This document shows, one piece after another, positions 1-9,007 of a stretch of 64,000 bases of DNA. Source of the DNA: an uncultured Chromatiaceae bacterium (lineage in GTDB: Bacteria; Pseudomonadota; Gammaproteobacteria; JAADHS01); assembly GCA_964421045.1 (NCBI GenBank), contig CAYQVF010000011.1, positions 1,551 through 65,550 on the forward strand. Direction: 5' to 3'. The position numbers and the translations under genes are program-made. The notes under the pieces were generated by a model. That model had not been told where the DNA came from. It saw only the letters and a program-made list of their open reading frames with translations, and ran no database searches. Within the stretch, counting starts at the first letter, position 1; each line of letters starts with the position of its first letter.

Positions 1-1984
1 TATACAAATCTTCACTTAAAGGATTAATTTTGCCCGTGATTAACAGGGCTGCGTGGTCATCGATTCGGCCTGAAATATCGACATCTGCACGAGCGAAATG
101 ATCTGAAGACAAGCCTTTGATTGTCCCGTTGGCTTTTTTAAAGCGCGAAGAAAAGCGAGGGGTGACGGTATTATCAACAAAGGAGAAGGTATTGTTTTTT
201 AAGCGGACTATGCCGATTGATATAGGAAAGGGGTCCGAGGTCTTGTCTGCTTCTTTTTCTTTTTCCGGTGGTGGGCTGGCAGTAGGTTCCTCCGTTTTCG
301 CTAAGCTCGACACATTGATATCACCATTTTTTGCGATGATGATTCGGCTATTCAATTGATCCAGTGAAACCGAGTCTATATCGAGTTTGTCTGGCGATAA
401 CTGCAAGTTAATGTCATCTAATGCCAGTGCTTTCCAGGAGATGATCTGGTCTTCGCTCAAACGATTTTTTGCGGAAAAGTCCTTGACTTTCAATTGACCC
501 GTGAGCGTGATGTCCGCGTCATTGGCTGATTTTTTATAAAATAATTGACTTTGTAAAGAGGCGTGACCTGATAATAAATCAACATTTGTTGTTTGATTGA
601 GATAAGCCTGAAAATCAACAAGGGGGATGTTTGTTATGTCTAGTGCTAGGTCTGCCATAGGTTCTAAAGCGGCCACTTTCCCTGATATTTTTAATGAGCC
701 TTTATCATTTAACGTCAGGCTGGCCTGAAGGTCAAATTGATCCTCTGCCTGGTTGGTTATGTCCGTCAAATCAATGGTCGTGTCAGTTAGGCGAATTTCT
801 GCGTGGGGTTCCGTGGCGCGGTCAATAAGTCGAATATTAAAAGCCTTTATCGACGCCCGATCTAATTTAAACGTCCAGGGTTTCTCTTCTGTTTCCTGTT
901 CAGCTTCATCTTGGGCGGGTGGCGGGGTCTCTTCTGTTATGGGGGTCAATAATTGTGCAAGATGTAAGTTGCCATCTCTATCCATAAAGGTATCAATGTC
1001 GCCTCCTTTTATAGCAAATTCAGCGATACTTAAAGTCTGTTGACGCAAATCAAATTGCCCACCTGAAAGTGATATGTTGGGTAGAGCAAGGATACTTTTT
1101 TTATGGGATGGGTCTTGAATTTCTACTTCAGTGACCTGTATTTGTAGATCGTCAGTGAAAAACTCTGGCCCGGCATCACTCATATAAAAATCATAACCAA
1201 GCTCGCCTGAGAGCAAACCTGAATCCAGAGAAAATTTTAAATGATCCTGGGCGTATTGCCATGCTGTCGTCAAGGGTAGCGAACTTAACTTTAAGTTTCC
1301 TGTTGATCGTAGGGGGTTAACTGAAATATCACCTTGCCAGCGTATGACCCCTTCGCCAGGGACTTTGACATAAATAGCATAAGGTCCTTCTTTTTCAGGG
1401 AGCGTAGAAAAATCCATTAGATTAAAATTAATAGGATCTATTAATTGTTTAAAAGGCGTGGCGATGGACTGGTCTTCAAAATTAAATTGCCCGCCACTGA
1501 CATGAAATCGTTGAATGACTACCCTGGGCAAGGGGGTTTCTGCGTTTTCTTGGGTGGAGGGGGGGTCTGTGTTGATGAGATCAGCAAAGCTTGGCGTGCC
1601 TGATGGATCAATTCGGAGATTAAATCTGGGTTGTGTAAAACTAATGTCACTGAATGTCCAGGCCCAGCGGAATAACGAAAAGGTGTCGAAATTGACATGG
1701 AGTTTTTCCAGGCCCATCAGTTCAACGTCATCTAAATCGGCAAGAGAGAGGTCTTGTATCGTTATCGCGAAGGTAAAGGGATTGACGTGTACTTCACTGA
1801 TTGAAAGCTGGCGGTTTAATAGCTCGGGGGTTTTTGCAATCAGTTGCGATTTAATAATGTAGGGTGCGCCAATAAAGCCAAACAAAGTGTAAGTGAAAAA
1901 GAAGAGCAACCCCCAGAGTCGCCAGCTACGCAAAGGTCGTGAGCCAAAAAAACGGCTCGGGTTTGCATCTTTTTTTTCAGACAT
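1..1984 (-). CDS. AsmA-like / DUF748-type envelope protein (3' end cut by window edge)
   Basis: Hand translation of the minus strand from the ATG at 1984 gives MSEKKDANPSRFFGSRPLRSWRLWGLLFFFTYTLFGFIGAPY..., with one N-terminal TM. The two segments translated by hand (1861-1984 and 1-118, ending ...GKINPLSEDLY) share this frame and contain no stop; the stretch between them was not hand-checked. It is missing from the ORF track because it has no stop in the window. The family call is from memory of DUF748/AsmA-like proteins. Confidence 0.6.
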   Translation of the reverse strand, partial: MSEKKDANPSRFFGSRPLRSWRLWGLLFFFTYTLFGFIGAPYIIKSQLIAKTPELLNRQLSISEVHVNPFTFAITIQDLSLADLDDVELMGLEKLHVNFDTFSLFRWAWTFSDISFTQPRFNLRIDPSGTPSFADLINTDPPSTQENAETPLPRVVIQRFHVSGGQFNFEDQSIATPFKQLIDPINFNLMDFSTLPEKEGPYAIYVKVPGEGVIRWQGDISVNPLRSTGNLKLSSLPLTTAWQYAQDHLKFSLDSGLLSGELGYDFYMSDAGPEFFTDDLQIQVTEVEIQDPSHKKSILALPNISLSGGQFDLRQQTLSIAEFAIKGGDIDTFMDRDGNLHLAQLLTPITEETPPPAQDEAEQETEEKPWTFKLDRASIKAFNIRLIDRATEPHAEIRLTDTTIDLTDITNQAEDQFDLQASLTLNDKGSLKISGKVAALEPMADLALDITNIPLVDFQAYLNQTTNVDLLSGHASLQSQLFYKKSANDADITLTGQLKVKDFSAKNRLSEDQIISWKALALDDINLQLSPDKLDIDSVSLDQLNSRIIIAKNGDINVSSLAKTEEPTASPPPEKEKEADKTSDPFPISIGIVRLKNNTFSFVDNTVTPRFSSRFKKANGTIKGLSSDHFARADVDISGRIDDHAALLITGKINPLSEDLY

Positions 1985-2189
1985 GGTGAAACCTGCATAA
2001 GAGTTGATGTTTTATTTCTGCTCTGTAATTTACCACAATAAATACTTCTTATGACATAATTTTCAGTGGTATAATACCGGCTTTGTTGAGAATTAAGTCG
2101 AAACGGTCTCGAGTGAAGGTATCAAGAGCTTGAGACACTGTTAGACTCGTCTTGATCTTATAATACCTCTTGATTTAGAAGGAAAAATT

Positions 2190-2558
2190 ATGCTTAAGTA
2201 TCGTAAGAGTATAAAAAAATTCACTTTGGTCACACTTGCCACTGGAGCGGTATTGCTTGTAACAGGGTGCAGCACTTTGCAGACCCAGACCCAGAGTCTC
2301 GTTACTAAAGCTTCAAGTACGCTTGATATGGCCAATACGGCTGGTGCGGAAAAATATGCCCCAAAAATTATGGAATTAGCCAATAAAAACATTACGTTGG
2401 CGAAAAGCGCTCTTGGAGAAAATCGTTATCAGGATGCTCAACGATATGCAGAAAAGAGCATTGTAGAGTCTGAGCGGGCAGGTGTTGAATCGAATAAAAA
2501 TGAACGTAGCAGTGAAATTAGCGCCTTACGCGAGAAAATCGCAAAACTAATGCCATAA
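2190..2558 (+). CDS. DUF4398-like lipoprotein
   Basis: 122-aa ORF with a lipobox (LLVTGCST). A helical A/K/E-rich region (AGAEKYAPKIMELANKNITLAKSAL) resembles the N-terminal module of the next gene. Confidence 0.6.
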   Translation: MLKYRKSIKKFTLVTLATGAVLLVTGCSTLQTQTQSLVTKASSTLDMANTAGAEKYAPKIMELANKNITLAKSALGENRYQDAQRYAEKSIVESERAGVESNKNERSSEISALREKIAKLMP

Positions 2559-2602
2559 CTCTATACCGAATAACGACCTTTACATTTAAGGACCATTTGA
2601 TC

Positions 2603-3514
2603 ATGCATAAGCCAGTTTTCTATTCAAAAAAAACACGTTATTACGCCGTTATCGGGCTGATGGGTGCTGCCGCACTTATTTCCGGTTGCAGCACAACGCC
2701 AGCCCATCACAATGCGTCACTTGAGCGCGCAAAAGGGGTCATCGCTGAGATAAAGAGTGATCCTGCCACGTCTGAAAATGAAGCCGCAGCTCAATATCTC
2801 GCCGAAGCTGACCAGGCGTTGGCAAAGTCACAATATAAAAACGATTCTCTGAAATTTTTTCGACCCGGCGATGATCAAGGAGATGTCGACCACTGGGCTT
2901 ACATTGCAGAACAAAAAGCCTTGACTGCTCAAACGATGTTGCAAGGCGACGGAGAAGCAGCAGAGTTGGCTCAATTGAAAGCGGAACTTGATCAAGCCAA
3001 GCTCGCAAAGCAAGATCGCGATGCGGCTGAAGCACTACGGCTAGAAGAAGAAAGGCTGGCTCAGGAAAAGCTGCAACAACAGCATGACGCTGAACTGCAA
3101 GCCGCATTGCAGCGTGCTGAAGATGCGGGTGCGGACGTCGTGCGCGCGGAAGGTTTGACCACCGTCACTTTTAATAATGTGAGCTTTGCGTCCAACAAGG
3201 CGACTTTGCCTCAGGAGTTCGAGTCTGAATTGCTTAATATCGCCGAAGCGCTCACTACGACTGCCCCTGAGGCGACACTCGTGGTTAGAGGTCACAGTGA
3301 TGCCAGTGGAGCAGAGGCCTATAATCAGTTGTTATCGGAGAAGCGTGCAACGTCAGTAAAGACCTTTTTGATTACACAGGGGGTTTCGGCCAGCCGTGTG
3401 TCTAGCGAAGGATTAGGGGAAAGCACCCCGGTCGCGTCCAATGATTCTGCTGAGGGACGTGCCAAGAATCGTCGCGTGGAATTGATCATTACCGAAAAAG
3501 GCCATCAGCATTAA
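2603..3514 (+). CDS. OmpA-family peptidoglycan-binding lipoprotein with a DUF4398-like N-terminal region
   Basis: Lipobox ISGCST. The C-terminus has OmpA_C hallmarks (FASNKATL..., RGHSDASG, NQLLSEKRA, NRRVELII). I prefer the ATG at 2603 over the track TTG at 2597 because AAGGA lies 10 nt upstream. Confidence 0.85.
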   Translation: MHKPVFYSKKTRYYAVIGLMGAAALISGCSTTPAHHNASLERAKGVIAEIKSDPATSENEAAAQYLAEADQALAKSQYKNDSLKFFRPGDDQGDVDHWAYIAEQKALTAQTMLQGDGEAAELAQLKAELDQAKLAKQDRDAAEALRLEEERLAQEKLQQQHDAELQAALQRAEDAGADVVRAEGLTTVTFNNVSFASNKATLPQEFESELLNIAEALTTTAPEATLVVRGHSDASGAEAYNQLLSEKRATSVKTFLITQGVSASRVSSEGLGESTPVASNDSAEGRAKNRRVELIITEKGHQH

Positions 3515-3534
3515 GGTTATAGGTTGACCACAAT

Positions 3535-3558
3535 CAGAGCAACGCCTCTGTTGCTCTG
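3535..3558 (+). terminator. Candidate hairpin downstream of the OmpA-family gene
   Basis: CAGAGCAAC-gcctct-GTTGCTCTG forms a 9-bp stem. The T-run is weak and not adjacent (aaggccgtttta). Confidence 0.4.
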
Positions 3559-3670
3559 AAGGCCGTTTTATCTCTCTACTCTGTCCTCATTACTGTAACT
3601 TGATTAGGATGTCGTATTTGCTCAAGTGTGCCACGGAGCACGCTTGAGCAAGTCGAGTCTCCTCTCCCTC

Positions 3671-4456
3671 TTATTGCTGTGGTGAAACCGCCGCCGCGAC
3701 GTCAAACTGTAGTTGGACATGCTGATCATGACCAGCAAATATGTTAATTCGAGACGGTGTGCCACCATAAACACTGTGATCTGAGTGATAAATAAAATCT
3801 AGTGTCCTTACCGTTTCCAATAGATTATAAGGGAGCGTGCGTTTCAGGCTTGCATTACCCCGATGATCCGTAGTGAGTACGTTGGGAAGGCCTGCAAAAG
3901 GCCCCGGTGGCCCCATCAAATTAAACTGCCAAACGGTATAAAGACTATTTGGCAGCAAACCTTTAACTTTCATTTTTACCTTTGTTGTACCATTGTTCAG
4001 AACTTTAACGATAAGTTTGGAGTGTCCTATATTTATCCAGTCACCGTATGTGATTGGATTTGGAGCGCCAGCAAGAGCCAGTCCGCGCATCTGGTTATCT
4101 GCACTGATCGGTTCATCAATGACCACCGGTACGGGAGTAAATTCTCCAGTTCTAATATCGGCTGGATTGACGGGACCGAAAACTCCGTCAGTCATATATA
4201 ACGTCGGAACTTGTCTCAAAGGGACGGGTTCAATAACAACATCGGGGTTGGCAGAGTAGGGGATATTATAAAGGATTTCATTTTCATCGGTGATGCCAGG
4301 CTCAGGTTTCATAAAACCATCCGTCGTCATAACTTGTACGCCCGCCACAGCGGACTGGCCATAAATAACCGTCTTCTCGTGAGAAAATGCCAAGGACATC
4401 GTCGCCAAGTTGAGCAGCACATAGCTTAAACCTACTATCAGTATTTTTGCTTTCAT
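3671..4456 (-). CDS. Secreted hypothetical protein (no recognisable family)
   Basis: ORF with a signal peptide (MKAKILIVGLSYVLLNLATMSLAFS). The start at 4456 is preferred because GGAGA lies 8 nt upstream (the track start is 4471). The sequence is beta-rich and I recognise no motif. Confidence 0.5.
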   Translation of the reverse strand: MKAKILIVGLSYVLLNLATMSLAFSHEKTVIYGQSAVAGVQVMTTDGFMKPEPGITDENEILYNIPYSANPDVVIEPVPLRQVPTLYMTDGVFGPVNPADIRTGEFTPVPVVIDEPISADNQMRGLALAGAPNPITYGDWINIGHSKLIVKVLNNGTTKVKMKVKGLLPNSLYTVWQFNLMGPPGPFAGLPNVLTTDHRGNASLKRTLPYNLLETVRTLDFIYHSDHSVYGGTPSRINIFAGHDQHVQLQFDVAAAVSPQQ

Positions 4457-4788
4457 CTGTTCTATCTCCATGAAGAGTTAATATGTGCGTACCATCGACA
4501 CGCAGTAAACTGGCACAAATAAGCAACAGGCTGCAGATATTCATTAGGATAATTCCTGTGTTAAGATTAATCTAGAAAACGCAATTGGATGCAAATAGAG
4601 AGTGCAAGAGATTGATTCGAATAACGTAGCGGGAAATCGTCGTTGCCTTAAATTGATGATAAGATTTTTTCTCGCACAGTTAGGTGGATCAAAAGCTTGC
4701 ACCCAAGAAGCCAAGCATAAATGCTATACCTCGCGGAGCAACTGCGTTTTTTGAATTAATGTACCAGCATGGAAAATACTAAATTCAG

Positions 4789-7700
4789 GTGGCTTACAAT
4801 AAGCTGACTTCAGCGAATTCTGAATTTCAATCGTCACGGGTATATAATGGTAGAGGGTACGAGGACATCATATTGACATCAAAACAGCGAATGTTGTCTG
4901 GCTCGCGTAAGGTCTATCGCCCCTTGTTGCACAAGGCCTTGACTCGACTTCGCCTTTGTAAGCTTCTCGACGATGCCGCAGATCGACCTGCTACGGCGGT
5001 TCTTGCTCCCCCCGGTTATGGCAAAACAACCCTGGTTTCTAATTATTTGGAATCGAAACAAGTTTTGTCTGTTTGGTATTGCGTTGATGCAGGTGATACG
5101 GATTTAACCAGTTTTTTTGTCCATTTTACATATGCAATAAAGCAGGCCACAGCAAAACGCCGTAAAACGATACCTTTTTATCAGCCTGAAAATATTTTAA
5201 ATATAAAATCATTTTCTCGCCACTATTTTAAAGCGGTGTATCAACGACTGGATCAACCTTTTTATCTGATTTTTGATGATATTCACGAATGTTCTTCTCA
5301 GCAGTGGGTCGATGTTATTACGATAGCCATTGAAGAACTGCCCGTGAATGGACGCATTTTTATTATCGGTCGGCATGCCTTGCCTGGTGAGTTTTCCCGT
5401 TTGCATTTCAATCAGCTTATTTTTACGCTACGAGAAAAAGATCTTCACTTTAATGATCAAGAGCTGATTCAGCTTGCAACCATTCATGACATCAATACCT
5501 TATCTCAAGAGCAATGCAAAAAGCTTCAGGAGATGATGGTAGGGTGGGCCGCAGGATTGACTTTGTTACTGACACGAAGTGAAATTATTGACAATACTTC
5601 TCTGCACGCCTTTGAAACACAAGAAGAGCTGTTTAAGTATTTTACCAATGAGGTGCTACGGCACATCGATCATGAAACATTGGGGGTTTTATATTGCACC
5701 TGCTATTTACCTGATATTCCTATCGAGCATGCAGTGGAACTGACGCAGAACCCTCAGGTGGGCCATATTCTACAAAAACTCCACGATCAGCGTTATTTTA
5801 CTTATCGTACTACGGACACAGCGATAGTCTATCGCTATCACCCTTTGTTTCGAACACTATTGATCGCACAAAGCAAAAAAATGTTGAGTGAGAAAAATTT
5901 ACAATATGTATTTGATACTTCAGTCCAGTTGCTGGAAAAAGAGGGTGCCTTAGAAGCGGCGGTGACCTTGCTGGTTCTGATCGCGGACGGGACACGTCTT
6001 GCACAGTTTACAATGTTGCACGCAGAAGAATTAATAACCAGCAATCGTATGCAAATTTTAATGAAATGCTTGCAACACATTCCGGTAGAAACTATTTTGG
6101 CATCAGGCTGGTTATTGTATTGGCGAGGGATGTGTCTCGTTGCGATGCGCCCCCCCGTTGCACGGCAGGATTTCATTCTGGCTGAAAAGTTTTTTGCTTT
6201 GAAGCGAGAGGTTACGGGTCAGTGCTTGTCCTTGGTTGGTATTATAGATAGTTATACCTTGGAGCGAGATGAATTTTCAAGTTTGGATCCGTGGATCAAA
6301 AAAGCGGATCAATTGCGATTTCTATTTGATCAGCAAGCTACCTTGCCCGCCTTGAATGGGCTCACTCTTAGCATGTTTTCAGCATTATTGCATCGAGCAC
6401 CCAGCCATCAAAATTTTGATTTATGGCTTAAGCGTATTGATAATATACCGATGACTGAGTTGCCCCCCGGTTTGCAAATTAAAAGACAACTTTCACTCAT
6501 ATTGCATCGTCTCTGGCAAGGTGATTTTTATCGTGCGGAAATACATCACAGCATTTTGGAAAAACAACTTGGAAATGTTCCTGAACATGTGCCAAATATT
6601 TTGTGGCACATCATTCATTCCGGATTTTTGTGGATGACAACAGCCAAGGCACAAGAATCTTTAGCGATAGCGAAAGAAGGTCTGGAGCGTATTAAAGAAT
6701 ATAACTTGCCCCTGTTGAATGTTGGGCTGTTGACACACGCAACTGCAGCAGCTTTGATGGCGCACAATAATGATGAGGCGAAAAAGCTGTTAAAAACCGC
6801 AGCTCCGCATATTAATGAATCAGGTCAGACTCATCTGGCGTTATATCACAACCTTCATACGACCTATTCATTTAGAGTCAATGATAAAAAAACGGCATGC
6901 TATCATGCTGAAGAATTTTTGCAGGCGGCAACAGCATCCGGTTTACCCTTTTTTCAAAGTGCGGCGCACTTTTCTCAAGCACAGCTTTGTATGCTGAACA
7001 GCGATATTAAAAAAACCCGATACCATCTAAATATAGCGAAAGATATTGCGCTTCATTCTCGGAGTTACTTTCACCAGTTTCAAATTCAACTTCTGGCTGC
7101 TATTTTCGATTGGTCCCTTGGCCAGCAAGACTTGGCTCTGAGTGGTTTAAAAACCTCCTTGTTGCTCGCCAAGCAATACAACTTGCTGACTGGCTTGTGG
7201 ATTTGTGAGCCCGAATTATCACATATTTTGGCGCAAGCCTTGCGGCATGATATTGAATCGGCTACCGCGCAAAGAATCATTGGGCAACGTCGATTAATAC
7301 CCAAAGAACCATTCTATGATATTGACTGTTGGCCCTGGCCTATTCGTATCTATACATTGGGTCGCTTTGAAATCTATATTGACGGTAAACGATTAGAATC
7401 ACCCGGTCGCAATCGACCTAAAATTTATGCTTTGCTGAAAACCTTAATTGCTTTTGGCGGACGTCATGTTCGTGAAGAAATTATCTGTGAAGTGGTATGG
7501 CCTGATGCCGATGGGGATGCCGCGCATCAGTTGTTTGATACGACACTTTTTCGATTGCGAAAAATACTGGGTTTGCGCGATGCATTAATTAATCGTGAAG
7601 GCATGTTATCGCTCAATAAAAAATTATGTTGGCTCGATATATGGGCTTTAGATCTTGAGATCAATACATTAAAGCGGTCTATCAAAGATAAACGAGTTAC

Positions 7701-8094
7701 TGATGATCGTATAAGTAAATACGAAAATTTTTTGGACCGTGACTACTATGGAGATTTTTTATATGCTGAAGACCCTTTTCCTGTTGTCGTTCAACAGCGG
7801 CAAAAAATACGCTCCAAGTTATTATCTGCCTTATATCAGTTAGCAGATTATTGGCTGTGTAACAATGGCATTAAAGAAGCAGAAAAATGCCTGAAAAAGA
7901 TAACCAGCACATTTTTTCAAGAAGAAAAAGCTTATCAGATGTTGATGAAGTTGTTTATATCGCAAGATCGGTTTTCCGATGCGGCGAGTACTTATTATGC
8001 CTGTAAGCAGGTATTGATGATCGAGCTTGGCGTAACACCCTCTGCCGAGACTGAGCGCGAATATCGAAAACTCCCGAATTCCGGGTCTCGTTAA
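4789..8094 (+). CDS. Large STAND-type NTPase / TPR regulator with a C-terminal SARP (OmpR-type wHTH plus BTAD) module
   Basis: Walker A is PPGYGKTTLV and Walker B is YLIFDDIHE. A long helical middle region follows. The C-terminus has YTLGRFEIYIDGKRLE...LFRLRKILG (wHTH) and then a BTAD-like ...ELGVTPSAETEREYRKL. The start is GTG and is uncertain. Confidence 0.75.
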   Translation: MAYNKLTSANSEFQSSRVYNGRGYEDIILTSKQRMLSGSRKVYRPLLHKALTRLRLCKLLDDAADRPATAVLAPPGYGKTTLVSNYLESKQVLSVWYCVDAGDTDLTSFFVHFTYAIKQATAKRRKTIPFYQPENILNIKSFSRHYFKAVYQRLDQPFYLIFDDIHECSSQQWVDVITIAIEELPVNGRIFIIGRHALPGEFSRLHFNQLIFTLREKDLHFNDQELIQLATIHDINTLSQEQCKKLQEMMVGWAAGLTLLLTRSEIIDNTSLHAFETQEELFKYFTNEVLRHIDHETLGVLYCTCYLPDIPIEHAVELTQNPQVGHILQKLHDQRYFTYRTTDTAIVYRYHPLFRTLLIAQSKKMLSEKNLQYVFDTSVQLLEKEGALEAAVTLLVLIADGTRLAQFTMLHAEELITSNRMQILMKCLQHIPVETILASGWLLYWRGMCLVAMRPPVARQDFILAEKFFALKREVTGQCLSLVGIIDSYTLERDEFSSLDPWIKKADQLRFLFDQQATLPALNGLTLSMFSALLHRAPSHQNFDLWLKRIDNIPMTELPPGLQIKRQLSLILHRLWQGDFYRAEIHHSILEKQLGNVPEHVPNILWHIIHSGFLWMTTAKAQESLAIAKEGLERIKEYNLPLLNVGLLTHATAAALMAHNNDEAKKLLKTAAPHINESGQTHLALYHNLHTTYSFRVNDKKTACYHAEEFLQAATASGLPFFQSAAHFSQAQLCMLNSDIKKTRYHLNIAKDIALHSRSYFHQFQIQLLAAIFDWSLGQQDLALSGLKTSLLLAKQYNLLTGLWICEPELSHILAQALRHDIESATAQRIIGQRRLIPKEPFYDIDCWPWPIRIYTLGRFEIYIDGKRLESPGRNRPKIYALLKTLIAFGGRHVREEIICEVVWPDADGDAAHQLFDTTLFRLRKILGLRDALINREGMLSLNKKLCWLDIWALDLEINTLKRSIKDKRVTDDRISKYENFLDRDYYGDFLYAEDPFPVVVQQRQKIRSKLLSALYQLADYWLCNNGIKEAEKCLKKITSTFFQEEKAYQMLMKLFISQDRFSDAASTYYACKQVLMIELGVTPSAETEREYRKLPNSGSR

Positions 8095-8104
8095 GAATGT
8101 CGTA

Positions 8105-8998
8105 ATGGAGGCTCATTCGTTGATTGAAATGCTTTTTCCCATTTTGGTTGTTTCGGTTATGTTTGGCTTGGGGTTAAGCCTGAACACTGATGACTTTAAG
8201 CGCGTGATGATCAAGCCGAAGGCAGTCATTATTGCTCTTACCCATCAGCTTGTTTTTTTGCCAGTGACCGCCTTTTTTTTGGTCAAGCTGTTTTCTTTAG
8301 AACCAGAACTTGCCGTTGGATTTATTATTATTGCGGCAGCGCCGGGCGGAATTATTTCCAATGTATTGACGCTATTGTTAAAAGGGGATACGGCTCTGTC
8401 AATTACTTTGACGACGCTGTCAAGTATTGTCGCTATTATTTCAATTCCCTTTTGGGTTAGCCTGGCTTTAGAGCAGTTTATGAGCGGTAGCGAATCGGTA
8501 TCTTTTTCGGCCGTCCAGCTTGTTTTACCCGTTGCCGTGTTAACGCTTATTCCTCTTGGTTTAGGCTTGTTTATTCGTCATCGATGGCCCGCTTTTGCCG
8601 AGACTACAAAACCTAAAGTTAGAATAGGGTCAAGTATTTTTATTATGATTGGCATTGCTGTTTTTTTGATAGATCAACGACAAAATATATCAACCTATTT
8701 GGTTCAAGCGGGGCTGGTCGCGGTAATACTTTGTCTGGTAACTACTTTGTTAGGGTATAGTTCAGCTCGCCTGTTTAAGTTGCGCCGTTCAACCCAAGTG
8801 ACTATTGCCGTTGAAACGGGTATTCAAAATATTCCATTGGCCATGACGATTGCAATGATGCACTTAGGCCATAATCCCCTTTTTGCGATTGCACCCGCAA
8901 CCTACGGTGTGGTTATGGTCATCGTCATGGCGGTTGTTTTAGTGGGCATTATGGTTGGTTGGCCAGGTTTTCAATTTTCGACCCGAGAGACCAAGTAG
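8105..8998 (+). CDS. Bile acid:sodium symporter (BASS/SBF) family transporter
   Basis: 297-aa polytopic membrane ORF with AAAPGGIISNV and ETGIQNIPLA motifs typical of SBF. It starts 10 nt after the regulator stop. Confidence 0.8.
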   Translation: MEAHSLIEMLFPILVVSVMFGLGLSLNTDDFKRVMIKPKAVIIALTHQLVFLPVTAFFLVKLFSLEPELAVGFIIIAAAPGGIISNVLTLLLKGDTALSITLTTLSSIVAIISIPFWVSLALEQFMSGSESVSFSAVQLVLPVAVLTLIPLGLGLFIRHRWPAFAETTKPKVRIGSSIFIMIGIAVFLIDQRQNISTYLVQAGLVAVILCLVTTLLGYSSARLFKLRRSTQVTIAVETGIQNIPLAMTIAMMHLGHNPLFAIAPATYGVVMVIVMAVVLVGIMVGWPGFQFSTRETK

Positions 8999-9007
8999 CT
9001 ATAGCAT

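Noticed and set aside
2739-3295. Three minus-strand ORFs (122, 61 and 84 aa) opposite the OmpA-family lipoprotein gene
   Set aside because: These are shadow ORFs of an alanine/glutamine/glutamate-rich coiled region. They have no start context or motifs.
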